Below the pieces are notes generated by a model. The model did no database searches, was not told the DNA's origin, and saw only the letters and a list, made by a program, of their open reading frames with translations. The position numbers and the translations under genes were made by a program. A stretch of DNA of 64,000 bases. It comes from an uncultured Verrucomicrobiae bacterium. GTDB taxonomy: Bacteria; Verrucomicrobiota; Verrucomicrobiia; Chthoniobacterales; JAFAMB01. The stretch's first letter is position 1; each line of letters opens with the position of its first letter. Shown here piece by piece: positions 28,724 to 38,207 of the stretch. The stretch is from NCBI GenBank assembly GCA_963731325.1, contig CAVSUL010000002.1:151421-215420 (forward strand). Direction: 5' to 3'.

Positions 28724-28760
28724 ATTTTTCGCGTTTCACGTTTCGGATTTCGCGGTTTTC
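28724..28760. repeat. Heptamer tandem array (GTTTCRC type), about 5 units
   Basis: ATTTTTC GCGTTTC ACGTTTC GGATTTC GCGGTTT, upstream of the SLT-like gene. Confidence 0.8.
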
Positions 28761-28835
28761 AGCTCCTCCGGCACGGCCGACTTGTCCGTCAGCGGCACGG
28801 TACAACGCTGCTTGCGCGAAAGGTGAAGCGCGAAC

Positions 28836-29966
28836 TCACCCCCGCTCGTCGATTGGCACAAACTTTCGGCCAACCGGTTCGCCGATGTACTCGCTCAAAG
28901 GGCGGTAAAGACGGTTGTCGCCCAGTTGCTCGAGAATATGCGCGGTCCACCCGGCCGTCCGCGAGATCGCGAAGATCGGAGTAAAGAGATCGGTCGGAAT
29001 TCCGAGCGAATAGTAGACCGTAGCCGAATAGAAATCGACGTTCGCGTTGAGTCCTTTTTTCTCCTTCATCAGCGCGGCAATGCGCTCGGACATCTCGATC
29101 CACTTCGGTTCGCCAATTTCCCGGCCCAGCTCGACTGCCATCTTGCGCAAATGCGGCGCCCGAGGATCGAGAACCTTGTAAACCCGGTGACCGATTCCCA
29201 TGATCTTTCGCTTTTCGTTGAGCGCTCGTTCGATATAAGGGTCAACCTTGTCCGGCGACCCAATTTCCTGCAGCATGTGAATAACGCCCTCATTCGCGCC
29301 TCCGTGCAGAGGACCTTTGAGCGTCGCAATCGCGGCGGTGACCGCGGAATAGATATCGGTCAACGTCGAAATCGTTACCCGGGCACTAAAGGTCGATGCG
29401 TTCATTCCGTGCTCGGCATGGAGCACAAAAGCGACGTCCAACGTATTCACCTTTTTTTCTGACGGGTCGGTTCCATCAAGCAAGTAGAGAAAATGCGCCG
29501 CCTCGTCGAGGTCCGGGCGAATCGGCGGGAGATTTTTTCCCAGTCGAGCTCGGTGAAAATACGCAACGATCACCGGAGTCTTCGCCTGGATGCTCAACGC
29601 ACGACGCCGATTTGCATCCGCCGAGTCATCCAGAGAAACGGAAGGATCGTACAAACCGAGCATCGAAACCCCGGTTCGAAGCACGTCGATCGGCGCGGCC
29701 GTCCTCGGCGCTTTCCGGATGAATTCCACGATCCCTTCGGGCAGCTCACGCGCGGCGCTCAGCTCCTTCTTGAGCGCGTCTAACTCGCTCCTGGTCGGAA
29801 GCCGGTTGTTGTACAGAAGAAAAATGATCTCTTCAAAAGAGGTTTTGCCGACCAGCTCATTGATATCATAGCCGCAATAGATGAGCTGGCCCGCTCGGCC
29901 AAGCACGTTCCCCAAACGGGTTTCATTGGCAACAACTCCTTCCAAGCCTTTCGTTTCGATTGACAT
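28836..29966 (-). CDS. gltA: Citrate synthase (short, about 376-aa type)
   Basis: LKGPLHGGANEGV and MGIGHRVYKVLDPR catalytic His motifs. Confidence 0.9.
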   Translation of the reverse strand: MSIETKGLEGVVANETRLGNVLGRAGQLIYCGYDINELVGKTSFEEIIFLLYNNRLPTRSELDALKKELSAARELPEGIVEFIRKAPRTAAPIDVLRTGVSMLGLYDPSVSLDDSADANRRRALSIQAKTPVIVAYFHRARLGKNLPPIRPDLDEAAHFLYLLDGTDPSEKKVNTLDVAFVLHAEHGMNASTFSARVTISTLTDIYSAVTAAIATLKGPLHGGANEGVIHMLQEIGSPDKVDPYIERALNEKRKIMGIGHRVYKVLDPRAPHLRKMAVELGREIGEPKWIEMSERIAALMKEKKGLNANVDFYSATVYYSLGIPTDLFTPIFAISRTAGWTAHILEQLGDNRLYRPLSEYIGEPVGRKFVPIDERG

Positions 29967-29968
29967 AG

Positions 29969-30844
29969 CTAAGCTTTCAACACCTTGACCATCGTCTCAC
30001 CGATCGCGGCAGGCGTCTCCGCGACCGTAATTCCCGCTTCCCTCAGCGCCGCAATTTTGCTCTCGGCAGTTCCCTGTCCACCCGCGACGATCGCGCCGGC
30101 ATGGCCCATTCGCCGACCGGGCGGGGCGGTGACTCCCGCGATAAACGCGCATACCGGTTTCCGAAGGTGGTCTTTGATCCAGCGTGCCGCCTCCTCTTCC
30201 GCTGTTCCGCCGATCTCTCCGATTAAAACGAGCGCCTCGGTATCCTTATCTTCGCTGAAAAGCCTGGCCGCCTCAAGGTGGGAGGTCCCGTTGATTGGAT
30301 CGCCGCCGATCCCGATGCAGGTGGATTGGCCGTAGCCCCGCTGGGTCAACTGCCAAACGGCTTCATAAGTGAGAGTCCCCGAGCGGGAAATAACCCCTAT
30401 CCTCCCCGGCCGATGAATGTAACCGGGCATGATACCGATCTTGCATTCTCCCGGAGTGATGATGCCAGGACAATTCGGCCCGATGAGTCGATTGGGCCTG
30501 TCGCGCAGCGCAGCCTTGACCCTCATCATATCCAGGACGGGGATTCCTTCCGTGATACAAACGATCAACTCAATTCCGGCGTCGGCCGCCTCCAGGATGG
30601 CGTCGGCCGCGAACGGCGCCGGCACGAAAATCATCGTCGCGTTGCAATTCGTGGCCGCTCTCGCCTCGAACACTGTGTCGAAGATCGGAATGGAGCCATC
30701 GAATTTCTGGCCACCCTTCCCCGGGGTAACTCCGGCGACAACCTTCGTGCCGTATTCCTTGCAGGCCCGCGCATGAAAAGCGCCGGAGCTGCCGGTGATC
30801 CCTTGCACCAATAGTCTGGTATTCTTGTTAACGAGAATAGGCAT
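29969..30844 (-). CDS. sucD: Succinyl-CoA synthetase alpha subunit
   Basis: 291 aa. [18 protein letters not shown] and the phosphohistidine loop [10 protein letters not shown]. Confidence 0.92.
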   Translation of the reverse strand: MPILVNKNTRLLVQGITGSSGAFHARACKEYGTKVVAGVTPGKGGQKFDGSIPIFDTVFEARAATNCNATMIFVPAPFAADAILEAADAGIELIVCITEGIPVLDMMRVKAALRDRPNRLIGPNCPGIITPGECKIGIMPGYIHRPGRIGVISRSGTLTYEAVWQLTQRGYGQSTCIGIGGDPINGTSHLEAARLFSEDKDTEALVLIGEIGGTAEEEAARWIKDHLRKPVCAFIAGVTAPPGRRMGHAGAIVAGGQGTAESKIAALREAGITVAETPAAIGETMVKVLKA

Positions 30845-30856
30845 GTGGCTTTCGGG

Positions 30857-31252
30857 TCAGTGCGAGGGCGGCGCGGATTCGACGTTTTCGTGGCGCTTGT
30901 GAATGGCAATGGAGTTGCCGTCCGGATCCGAAACAATCGCCATGCGGCAAATCGGACTTTCGATGGTCTCGACCTGGAAATGGGTGTTGCTTTCGCGCAA
31001 GCGGAGAAGTGTTTCCTCAAACGAGTCCACCTCAAGAGCAGCCGAAGGCCCATCTTTCGATGGTTTCCACTGCTCTCCTGACATGTTGCTGATCGCGAAG
31101 GTGGCCGGCCCGATATCGTACTCTACCCAGAGTGAGTCGCCGGACCCGAATGTTCGGGTCGGCTCCAATCCAAGTACGTCCTCATAAAAGCCCCGGGCGC
31201 GCCGAATATCGGTTACGGGGTAGGCAATAAATGCTATTTCAGTGACTCTCAT
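30857..31252 (-). CDS. VOC (glyoxalase/bleomycin-resistance/dioxygenase) family protein
   Basis: 131 aa with a paired beta-alpha-beta-beta-beta pattern typical of VOC. ATGA start/stop overlap with sucC. Confidence 0.75.
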   Translation of the reverse strand: MRVTEIAFIAYPVTDIRRARGFYEDVLGLEPTRTFGSGDSLWVEYDIGPATFAISNMSGEQWKPSKDGPSAALEVDSFEETLLRLRESNTHFQVETIESPICRMAIVSDPDGNSIAIHKRHENVESAPPSH

Positions 31253-32439
31253 GCGCGAGCTTTTGCCGCCGCTACCACTCGCCGAGCCGCTTCCGCCAAG
31301 TTCGGAGCGGCCTGGATCGGCAGCTTGGATTCTCCCAGAAGTTTTTTGCCGAGATCAACGTTTGTTCCTTCCAACCGAACCACCAACGGAACCGGCAGGC
31401 TCGTGGCTTTTACGGCGTTGATGATTCCTTGCGCAATGACGTCACAGCGCATGATTCCGCCGAAAATGTTTACCAGGATAGCCCGGACATTCTTGTCGGA
31501 GACAAGGATCTTGAAAGCCTCGGTGACCTGCTCTTCGGTCGCGCCTCCGCCGACGTCGAGAAAATTCGCCGGCTTCCCTCCGGCATACTTGATGATGTCC
31601 ATCGTCGCCATCGCCAAGCCCGCACCATTGACCATGCAAGCGATGTTGCCATCGAGACCAATATAGTTCAGGCCAAACTTCGAGGCGGCTAACTCCCGGG
31701 GATCTTCCTCCGAAGGGTCGCGCATTTCGACAATTTCCGGATGCCGGTAGAGAGCGTTATCATCGAAGTTAAATTTGGCGTCCAATGCCATAACTTCGCC
31801 ATTTTTCGTTATGACCAATGGATTGATTTCGACCAGGGAGCAATCGAGCTCCGAAAAAAGCTGGGAGAGATTTTCAATGAGTTTAGCAGCGCTGCGCAAT
31901 TGAGTGCCCGAAAAACCCAGCTCACGTCCAATCTTTAACCCTTGGTGAGGCTGAAAACCAAGGAGCGGGTGAACCGGTTCACGGTAGATCTTGTCCGGGT
32001 GTTCTTCGGCGACCTTCTCAATTTCAACCCCGCCTTCGGTGCTCGCGACCACTACCGGAGCGGCCAACCCCCGATCCAGCAGCATCGCGAGGTAATTCTC
32101 CCGTTCGATTTCGACTGATTCAGCCACCAGCACCCGGTGAACGACTTTGCCGTCCGGCCCGGTCTGATGAGTCACCAGGATCTGACCAAGCATCTTTTCG
32201 GCGAGCGCCCGAACTTCGGCCGGTGTGGAACAAAGGTGAACGCCACCTTTGAAGCCATTCTTAAAGATTCCCTTTCCCCGGCCTCCCGCATGAATCTGCG
32301 CTTTTACCACTAACTGCGTCGGGCCGAGTGATTCCGCGACTTTCTCAGCCTCTTCGGGCGTGCCGGCCGGTTCGCCTTTTGGAGTCGCAATCCCGAAACG
32401 ATGAAACAATTGTTTTGCCTGATATTCGTGAATGTTCAT
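31249..32439 (-). CDS. sucC: Succinyl-CoA synthetase beta subunit
   Basis: Start taken at [12 protein letters not shown] (M25 of the ORF), the canonical SucC N-terminus. ATP-grasp domain. Confidence 0.92.
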   Translation of the reverse strand: MNIHEYQAKQLFHRFGIATPKGEPAGTPEEAEKVAESLGPTQLVVKAQIHAGGRGKGIFKNGFKGGVHLCSTPAEVRALAEKMLGQILVTHQTGPDGKVVHRVLVAESVEIERENYLAMLLDRGLAAPVVVASTEGGVEIEKVAEEHPDKIYREPVHPLLGFQPHQGLKIGRELGFSGTQLRSAAKLIENLSQLFSELDCSLVEINPLVITKNGEVMALDAKFNFDDNALYRHPEIVEMRDPSEEDPRELAASKFGLNYIGLDGNIACMVNGAGLAMATMDIIKYAGGKPANFLDVGGGATEEQVTEAFKILVSDKNVRAILVNIFGGIMRCDVIAQGIINAVKATSLPVPLVVRLEGTNVDLGKKLLGESKLPIQAAPNLAEAARRVVAAAKARA

Positions 32440-32660
32440 GGCTGGCTGGGGACCAGCGCCCCGGCAGAACGGACTCCGTTGGTACATAGGGCGGTCGTGG
32501 AAAAGCGTCAACCGTCAATTGTTTTCTTGCCGACTCGAGGCCATCAATGAAGATCAACAGCTAGTGAGGCCGCGCCCCAGACCACCGAGATTATCGCGCT
32601 GTGAAAAGAGCGCTGGGAAGTGGCATCGATCGGACTCAAGCGGCCCCGCCGTAACGCCAT

Positions 32661-33053
32661 ATGCGATTTGATCCCGTACTTCTGCGACGAATTCACCGGC
32701 TCGGACTCGACGAGCACGATTTTGTGGAAATGTTCGCCCGCGCCGGCGGTCCAGGCGGACAGAACGTCAATAAAGTTTCTACCGCAGTGACGCTCCGACA
32801 CACCCGCTCCGGCACGGAGGTTACCGCGCAGGAATCGCGTTCGCAGTACGCCAACCGCCAGTCGGCCGCTCGTCGATTGGTTTCCCTGCTGGAGGAACGC
32901 GCCGCGGCGGTGTGCGCTCGGCAAAAAGCCGTCCGAGAAAAAGAACGGCGGAAACGCTCTCCGCGGCCACCGGCTTTGAAGCGGGAAATCCGCCGGAGTA
33001 AGGAAGGCCGGGCCGAACTCAAACGCCAGCGCCGATCCGTCGAGGCAGAATAG
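32661..33053 (+). CDS. arfB: ArfB-like peptidyl-tRNA hydrolase (RF-1 GGQ domain with basic tail)
   Basis: 130 aa, GPGGQNVNKV GGQ motif and a Lys/Arg-rich C-terminal tail. Confidence 0.75.
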   Translation: MRFDPVLLRRIHRLGLDEHDFVEMFARAGGPGGQNVNKVSTAVTLRHTRSGTEVTAQESRSQYANRQSAARRLVSLLEERAAAVCARQKAVREKERRKRSPRPPALKREIRRSKEGRAELKRQRRSVEAE

Positions 33054-33162
33054 GCGAAGGATTCCGCAAAGCCTTCGGTCAACTGGCTTTTTTCGCTCTG
33101 ATCATGAGTAACGCTACTGATCGCTCGCGGCGGAACACGCGCCATTCTACACGGGGCGTTGT

Positions 33163-33197
33163 GAGACGCGAAACGTGAAACGTGAAACGCGAAACGA
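33163..33197. repeat. Heptamer tandem array (GAAACGY), 5 units
   Basis: GAGACGC GAAACGT GAAACGT GAAACGC GAAACGA. This is the reverse complement of the unit at 26717 and 28724. Confidence 0.85.
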
Positions 33198-33202
33198 AGT
33201 TC

Positions 33203-33790
33203 TCAGCTCGGAGCCATCAACCGCTCCACGTACTTGGCGATCAGATCGAACTCCAGGTTCAGGCGGTCACCGCTGTGACACGTCGCCAAATTCGTCACCT
33301 TCCAAGTCTGCGGAATAATCCAGATCACGAACTCACTGCCAGTCACTTCGCCTACCGTGAGGCTGATTCCGTTGACCGCAATCGAACCTTTGGGAATCAG
33401 GTAACGCGCAAACGCGGCCGGATACCCGACCGCCAGGCGACGATCAACTCCCTGCGTCTCGAGAGAAGTCACAACGCCGGTTGCGTCGATGTGTCCTTGC
33501 ACGATATGCCCGTCAAAACGGCCGCCGGCCGGCAGCGGCCGTTCGAGATTCACCAGGTCGCCCGGTCGCAGATCTCCGAGGTTCGTCCGGCGCAAGGTTT
33601 CTTGGAGCAAATCGAAGCTCAGCTCATCTCCTGAATTGTCCGTGACGGTAAGACAAGCTCCGTTCAAGGCGAGGCTGGTGCCGATCAACAACTTCTCTGG
33701 AAACGATGCGCGCAACTTTAGCCGGTAAGCGTCCCCTTGATTTCCGACAGATACGACCCTTCCGGTGCGCTCAACAATGCCAGTAAACAT
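33203..33790 (-). CDS. ribE: Riboflavin synthase
   Basis: 195 aa. MFTGIVE N-terminus and an internal duplication of lumazine-binding domains. Confidence 0.85.
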   Translation of the reverse strand: MFTGIVERTGRVVSVGNQGDAYRLKLRASFPEKLLIGTSLALNGACLTVTDNSGDELSFDLLQETLRRTNLGDLRPGDLVNLERPLPAGGRFDGHIVQGHIDATGVVTSLETQGVDRRLAVGYPAAFARYLIPKGSIAVNGISLTVGEVTGSEFVIWIIPQTWKVTNLATCHSGDRLNLEFDLIAKYVERLMAPS

Positions 33791-33837
33791 GGCTTGGTAT
33801 TCTGATTTTCACTATCGGCCGCAGACGGTAGAATCCG

Positions 33838-35073
33838 CTAGCGTCGCGGCCAAACTGGAACCGGCTGGTCAATCCAACATCTTCGTTCCTCGTCCAAATG
33901 GCCTTTGACCCTGGTCCGCAACCAGAGATCGCTGTCAGTCTGGATGATCTGGCCTGTCTCGATGCGACCGTCCAGGCTGAGCCGTTGCGGTAGGAACGGA
34001 CCCGAGATCACCAGCTCCCCAGTTTTTTCCGGTGGCAGCAGGATATCTTCCATTGCTGGAGACTTGGTCGGATCCGGTTCGCGTAGCCATTCGATAATGG
34101 CGTATTGGACGTTTGGAAAGAACTCTCCGACCCAGGTCGAGGCGCCCTCCACCGCGTGCTCGGCCAGGCTGGCCGTTGCCAAAGGTACATCCGCTCCAAA
34201 AATCAGCTCTACATCGGCGTGATCCGCGCATTCGCCGAAGTACTCAATGCTGGTCTGGTCCAGCGGCGCATCGAGGATAAAGATCCGGCGCAGCGGCAGG
34301 GCACCTTTCCAGGTCAGATTCCGAAGTACGGAAGAAAGCGCCGCCGACCGAGTGGGTTTAAACTTTTCGATCTGTCGACGGAGAGTCTTTCGCTGCAAGC
34401 GTTTAAAGCCGACTGGGATGACGCTGGTCAGGCCAGCCGACAAATTTGCCATCAGCTGGAGCGGCCGATCACAAAGATCGATCTCGCCCGCTTTCAACTT
34501 CAGGCTCGCAACGAGTTGTTGAGTGGTTTGCGCGAGTTGCTGCTGTGACCAGGCATAGACGGCGAGCTCTTGATCCGGTCCACGGATCAAAAACATGAGC
34601 GCAGCCTTGTCCGCCTCAACTTCCTCGACTGAGCCCATTCTCCCCAGCCTAAGCCAGCGGCTCTGGAACCGAATCGTGTTTGCCAGAATCTTTTTGGGCA
34701 GTCGGCGCAGCTCGCGATCAAGCTGCATTTCGAGCCATTTGTTTTTTGGAAGGACGCACGCATCGGGCGGCATCTGCTGCAACCATGCGGCAATTTCGCG
34801 CGGAGTCAGCTCCGCGGAATAGAGCATGGGCAGAGCACCGATCTGCAGCAATGCCAAAAGAAGAGCATAGAATTCCTGCCCTCGTTCCATCAAAACCAGG
34901 ACACGAGCGCCCGGTTCAATCTTTTCCTCCCGCAGACGGACCGAAATAAAGTCCACAAACCGGTTCAGCGCCGAGAAACTGATGACTCGGTCTCCAAGCA
35001 AGGTATGATCGATCAAGGCCGGAACGCCCGGCTGCAACTCGACTCGCCCCCGTAGTGTGTGGATCCAGTTCAC
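33838..35073 (-). CDS. ANL (AMP-binding enzyme)-like protein with degenerate motifs
   Basis: 411 aa. GELVISGPFLPQ and WLRTRVKG resemble the ANL GEL-I-G and W-TGD motifs. The expected TSGTTGxPK P-loop position reads LIRGPDQE. Confidence 0.5.
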   Translation of the reverse strand: MNWIHTLRGRVELQPGVPALIDHTLLGDRVISFSALNRFVDFISVRLREEKIEPGARVLVLMERGQEFYALLLALLQIGALPMLYSAELTPREIAAWLQQMPPDACVLPKNKWLEMQLDRELRRLPKKILANTIRFQSRWLRLGRMGSVEEVEADKAALMFLIRGPDQELAVYAWSQQQLAQTTQQLVASLKLKAGEIDLCDRPLQLMANLSAGLTSVIPVGFKRLQRKTLRRQIEKFKPTRSAALSSVLRNLTWKGALPLRRIFILDAPLDQTSIEYFGECADHADVELIFGADVPLATASLAEHAVEGASTWVGEFFPNVQYAIIEWLREPDPTKSPAMEDILLPPEKTGELVISGPFLPQRLSLDGRIETGQIIQTDSDLWLRTRVKGHLDEERRCWIDQPVPVWPRR

Positions 35074-35984
35074 GCAAAACGAAAACTACAGCGCCGAGTC
35101 AGGGTTTCACCCGGCGGGATCACCTGGATCCCAACCTTTTTTTCGAAAGGCTCTTGCTCCCGATGGTCCGGCAGACCCCAGCATGGCTCGATGCACATAA
35201 AAGGATGGAGATCGCTCCAGATCGTGAAAAACGGCGCTTCCGAAAGATCAATTTCGACTTGCCGCTGCCAGCCAAAGTCCTGCAGCCGGACCACGTGGTG
35301 CACCACATCGACCGCCTCAAGCAGGAACGAATCCGGCAGATCAAAAGGACGAAACGGTGCCGGACCGCCGTCCGCCTCGAACTCCACGGTCTCGCCACTC
35401 AGAAAATTCCCGGGAGCCAGATATCGCCGGTACGTGCCGCGGGGAAGGATGATCCGGGCGTTGTCCAGCGAACTCACCGCAAATCCGGGATGCAAACCGA
35501 AACTGATGTGCGCCTGGCGACTCGCTTCCTCATTGGCGAAATGAAAGGCGACGACCAAGGTGTTATCTTCGAGGAGATAATCGAGCTGAAACGACACTTT
35601 GCGCGGGTACTCGACAGGCTGAATCTGGGTTGCGGGCAGCCGGTAGGTCAACCCGGCATTATCGATCACGGTCGGATCCGCGAACTCCTTCGTGCGCAGG
35701 AAACTGTGGTTCCCGCCGCGAATTTCGTCGCCTTCATAGAATGTCCGCTGATCGAGCAAGCGATGAATGTAATAGCCCATGACAGTGGCATGACCCTTCC
35801 AACCTTCGGCTGGCGCGGCGACAAGGCCATCGCGGTAGAGATAGGTTGTCCAAGTACCATCGTCCTTTTGGAGGGCAACGCTGATGAGTTCGGCGCCAAG
35901 GTTATCGGTCGCGATTCGCATGCGGCCACGCTCCAGCTCATTCAGCCGATGCCCGTTTTCTTGGTAGCTCCGATGTCGAACCAT
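35070..35984 (-). CDS. Aldose 1-epimerase (mutarotase)-like protein
   Basis: ISFGLHPGFAV and FMCIEPCWG resemble mutarotase-fold motifs. Start chosen at MVRHRSYQ to avoid overlapping the divergent lipoprotein gene; the start is uncertain. 4-bp overlap with the downstream ANL-like gene. Confidence 0.55.
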   Translation of the reverse strand: MVRHRSYQENGHRLNELERGRMRIATDNLGAELISVALQKDDGTWTTYLYRDGLVAAPAEGWKGHATVMGYYIHRLLDQRTFYEGDEIRGGNHSFLRTKEFADPTVIDNAGLTYRLPATQIQPVEYPRKVSFQLDYLLEDNTLVVAFHFANEEASRQAHISFGLHPGFAVSSLDNARIILPRGTYRRYLAPGNFLSGETVEFEADGGPAPFRPFDLPDSFLLEAVDVVHHVVRLQDFGWQRQVEIDLSEAPFFTIWSDLHPFMCIEPCWGLPDHREQEPFEKKVGIQVIPPGETLTRRCSFRFA

Positions 35985-36111
35985 CGCAGCACCATAACCC
36001 AAGCGCCTGCCGGGCCAAGCCCCGGTTTGAAACGTTTGAAAAACCGGAAAAATTCTTGTGCCCATCCCATCCATCACGCTAGCCTTCGGATCTCTTTCTG
36101 AAGCGCGCTCT

Positions 36112-36624
36112 ATGAATCTCTGCTTGATCAAGGTTACTTCCACCCTGGTCTTGGTGGCTCTGCTGTTCACGGGTTGTGAGAATATGTCCCCCGAGACAAC
36201 TGGAATAATCAGCGGCCTGGCTGCCGGTGCGGCCGCCGGAGGTATTGCCAAGGCGGCGGGCGCTAGCAGCGGTACCGCAGTCGCTGTCGGACTTGCGACA
36301 GGAGCTGCCGCAGGAGCGATTGCCTACGTGATCTCCAAGCACGCCGCAACTGAGCGTCAACGCCGAATCGCCGAGGAACGCGCTCGCCTCGCTTACGAAA
36401 GAATGTCAGCGGAACGAAGAACGCAGGCCCATCGTACCCGCTACATCGCCGTATCCACTGTGCGGGAGAAAAACTCGACCGGCGCAAAAAGCGTCATGAT
36501 TTACGACACCCAAACCCAACAGGTAGTTGGCAATAATGTTTATGATGTCAAGACTGCCCCGCAGGACGGTCAGGTGACGAAGTTTGACACCGTCTCGGCC
36601 GAGTACGTCGGTACCGGGGCATGA
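36112..36624 (+). CDS. Lipoprotein with glycine-zipper segment
   Basis: Start taken at MNLCLIKVTSTLVLVALLFTGC (lipobox LFTGC). Contains the Gly/Ala zipper GIISGLAAGAAAGGIAKAAGASSG. Confidence 0.6.
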   Translation: MNLCLIKVTSTLVLVALLFTGCENMSPETTGIISGLAAGAAAGGIAKAAGASSGTAVAVGLATGAAAGAIAYVISKHAATERQRRIAEERARLAYERMSAERRTQAHRTRYIAVSTVREKNSTGAKSVMIYDTQTQQVVGNNVYDVKTAPQDGQVTKFDTVSAEYVGTGA

Positions 36625-36640
36625 TGGCCGAGGGCCCGCG

Positions 36641-36731
36641 GCCGATAGCCGATGACCGAGAGCCGATAGCCGATGGCCGATTACTGATTACTGATTACTG
36701 ATTACTGATCACTCCCGACTCCCGACTCCTC
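36641..36731. repeat. Heptamer tandem array, 13 phased units in three blocks
   Basis: GCCGATA GCCGATG ACCGAGA GCCGATA GCCGATG GCCGATT ACTGATT x3 ACTGATC ACTCCCG x2 ACTCCTC. It ends 2 nt before the MFS ATG at 36734. Confidence 0.92.
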
Positions 36732-36733
36732 CC

Positions 36734-38044
36734 ATGCCCTACCCCCAGGCATCCATCGTTGTGTCCGAAGAGCCGGTTTACGCGAAAGTCGCCGGCCGTC
36801 TCATCCCGTTCCTTTTTCTCTGTTATATCGTTGCCTATCTTGACCGGGTAAACGTCGGGTTCGCTAAGTTGCAGATGCAAGCGGACCTGAAGTTCAGCGA
36901 CACCGTATTCTTCTTTGGTGCCGGCATTTTTTTTGTCGGGTATTTCCTGTTCGAAGTTCCCAGCAATCTGATTCTCGAACGAGTCGGCGCGCGCTTTTGG
37001 ATTGCCCGGATCATGATCAGCTGGGGAATCATCTCCTCGCTGACAATGTTCGCGCATTCCGCGTTTCTTTTTTATCTCCTCCGATTCTTGCTCGGTGTAG
37101 CGGAAGCGGGTTTTTTTCCGGGAATTATTCTTTACCTGACCTATTGGTTCCCTTCGCCGCGGCGAGCGCATGTGACCGCGCTATTCATGTCGGCCATTGC
37201 TCTTACAGGAGTCATCGGCGCGCCGATCTCCGGCTGGATTATGCACGTTTTTTCCGATTCTACCGGGCTGCGGAGCTGGCAAATGCTTTTCCTGATTGAA
37301 GGAATTCCGTCGATCGTAGTGGGTATCCTGGTGCCATTCGTTTTACCGAACGGAATTCGACAAGCTAAGTGGCTGGACGACGCTGAGAAACGTCATCTGG
37401 AGGAAAATCTGCGTCTGGAAGACAGCCGTAAAGTGGCCTTGCCGCTCCGGCAGGTTTTCGTCGATCCAAGGCTGCTGCTCTTTTGCCTCATCTATTTCTG
37501 CTGTGCCGGCGGTCTGTACGGCGTTGGCTTCTGGCTGCCGCAACTCATCAAGGACACTGGCGTTAAGGATCCGCTTCCGATCGGGCTGTTGACCGCGATC
37601 CCCTATGCTCTTGCGGCTGCTGCAATGATCTGGTTTGGCTGGAACTCGGACCGCACCCGGGAACGGCGCTGGCACTTCGCTGCCGCCGCGCTCATTGGTG
37701 CAATCGGCCTGACGATCAGCGCACGGTTTGCTCATCAGACGGGCCTGGCTATGGCCGGCCTTTCGCTTGGGGCAATCGGGATTCTCTCTACCTTCCCTCT
37801 ATTCTGGCCGATGCCTGCCGGTATGCTGAGCGGCACCTCCGCTGCGGCCGGGATTGCCTTGGTAAACTCGGTTGGAAATCTTGGAGGATTTGTCCTTCCG
37901 TTTCTGGTCGGCTGGCTCAACGATCTGACCAGGCAATCGACTTCCGGACTCCTGCTGCTTGCTGCCTCAATGGTACTGGCGGGCGCGCTGGTAGTTGCGT
38001 TTGTTCCAAAAACTTTGCCCGGGGATGAGGTGGGAAGTCGGTGA
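36734..38044 (+). CDS. MFS transporter (anion:cation symporter-like)
   Basis: 436 aa with about 12 hydrophobic helices. YLDRVNVGFAKLQM is typical of ACS-family MFS. Confidence 0.85.
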   Translation: MPYPQASIVVSEEPVYAKVAGRLIPFLFLCYIVAYLDRVNVGFAKLQMQADLKFSDTVFFFGAGIFFVGYFLFEVPSNLILERVGARFWIARIMISWGIISSLTMFAHSAFLFYLLRFLLGVAEAGFFPGIILYLTYWFPSPRRAHVTALFMSAIALTGVIGAPISGWIMHVFSDSTGLRSWQMLFLIEGIPSIVVGILVPFVLPNGIRQAKWLDDAEKRHLEENLRLEDSRKVALPLRQVFVDPRLLLFCLIYFCCAGGLYGVGFWLPQLIKDTGVKDPLPIGLLTAIPYALAAAAMIWFGWNSDRTRERRWHFAAAALIGAIGLTISARFAHQTGLAMAGLSLGAIGILSTFPLFWPMPAGMLSGTSAAAGIALVNSVGNLGGFVLPFLVGWLNDLTRQSTSGLLLLAASMVLAGALVVAFVPKTLPGDEVGSR

Positions 38045-38071
38045 AGCGTTGGAGCGAGGCAATTCAGTATT

Positions 38072-38162
38072 CCGTAATCGGTCATCGGCCATCGGCCATC
38101 GGTCATCGGTCATCGGCCATTGGTCATCGGTCATTGCCCATCGGCCTTCGGCCATCGTCTTC
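38072..38162. repeat. Heptamer tandem array (CGGYCAT), 13 units
   Basis: CCGTAAT CGGTCAT CGGCCAT CGGCCAT CGGTCAT CGGTCAT CGGCCAT TGGTCAT CGGTCAT TGCCCAT CGGCCTT CGGCCAT CGTCTTC. Confidence 0.92.
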
Positions 38163-38207
38163 GATTTTTCTTTCCACCAGACCTCCATTGACCTGAGATC
38201 GAAGACG

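Noticed and set aside
33068-33093. Weak hairpin (AAAGCC N11 GGCTTT) followed by a T-run after arfB, as an intrinsic terminator
   Set aside because: The stem is only 6 bp with an 11-nt loop, and the T-run partly overlaps the stem. This is too weak to call without energy calculation or 3'-end data.
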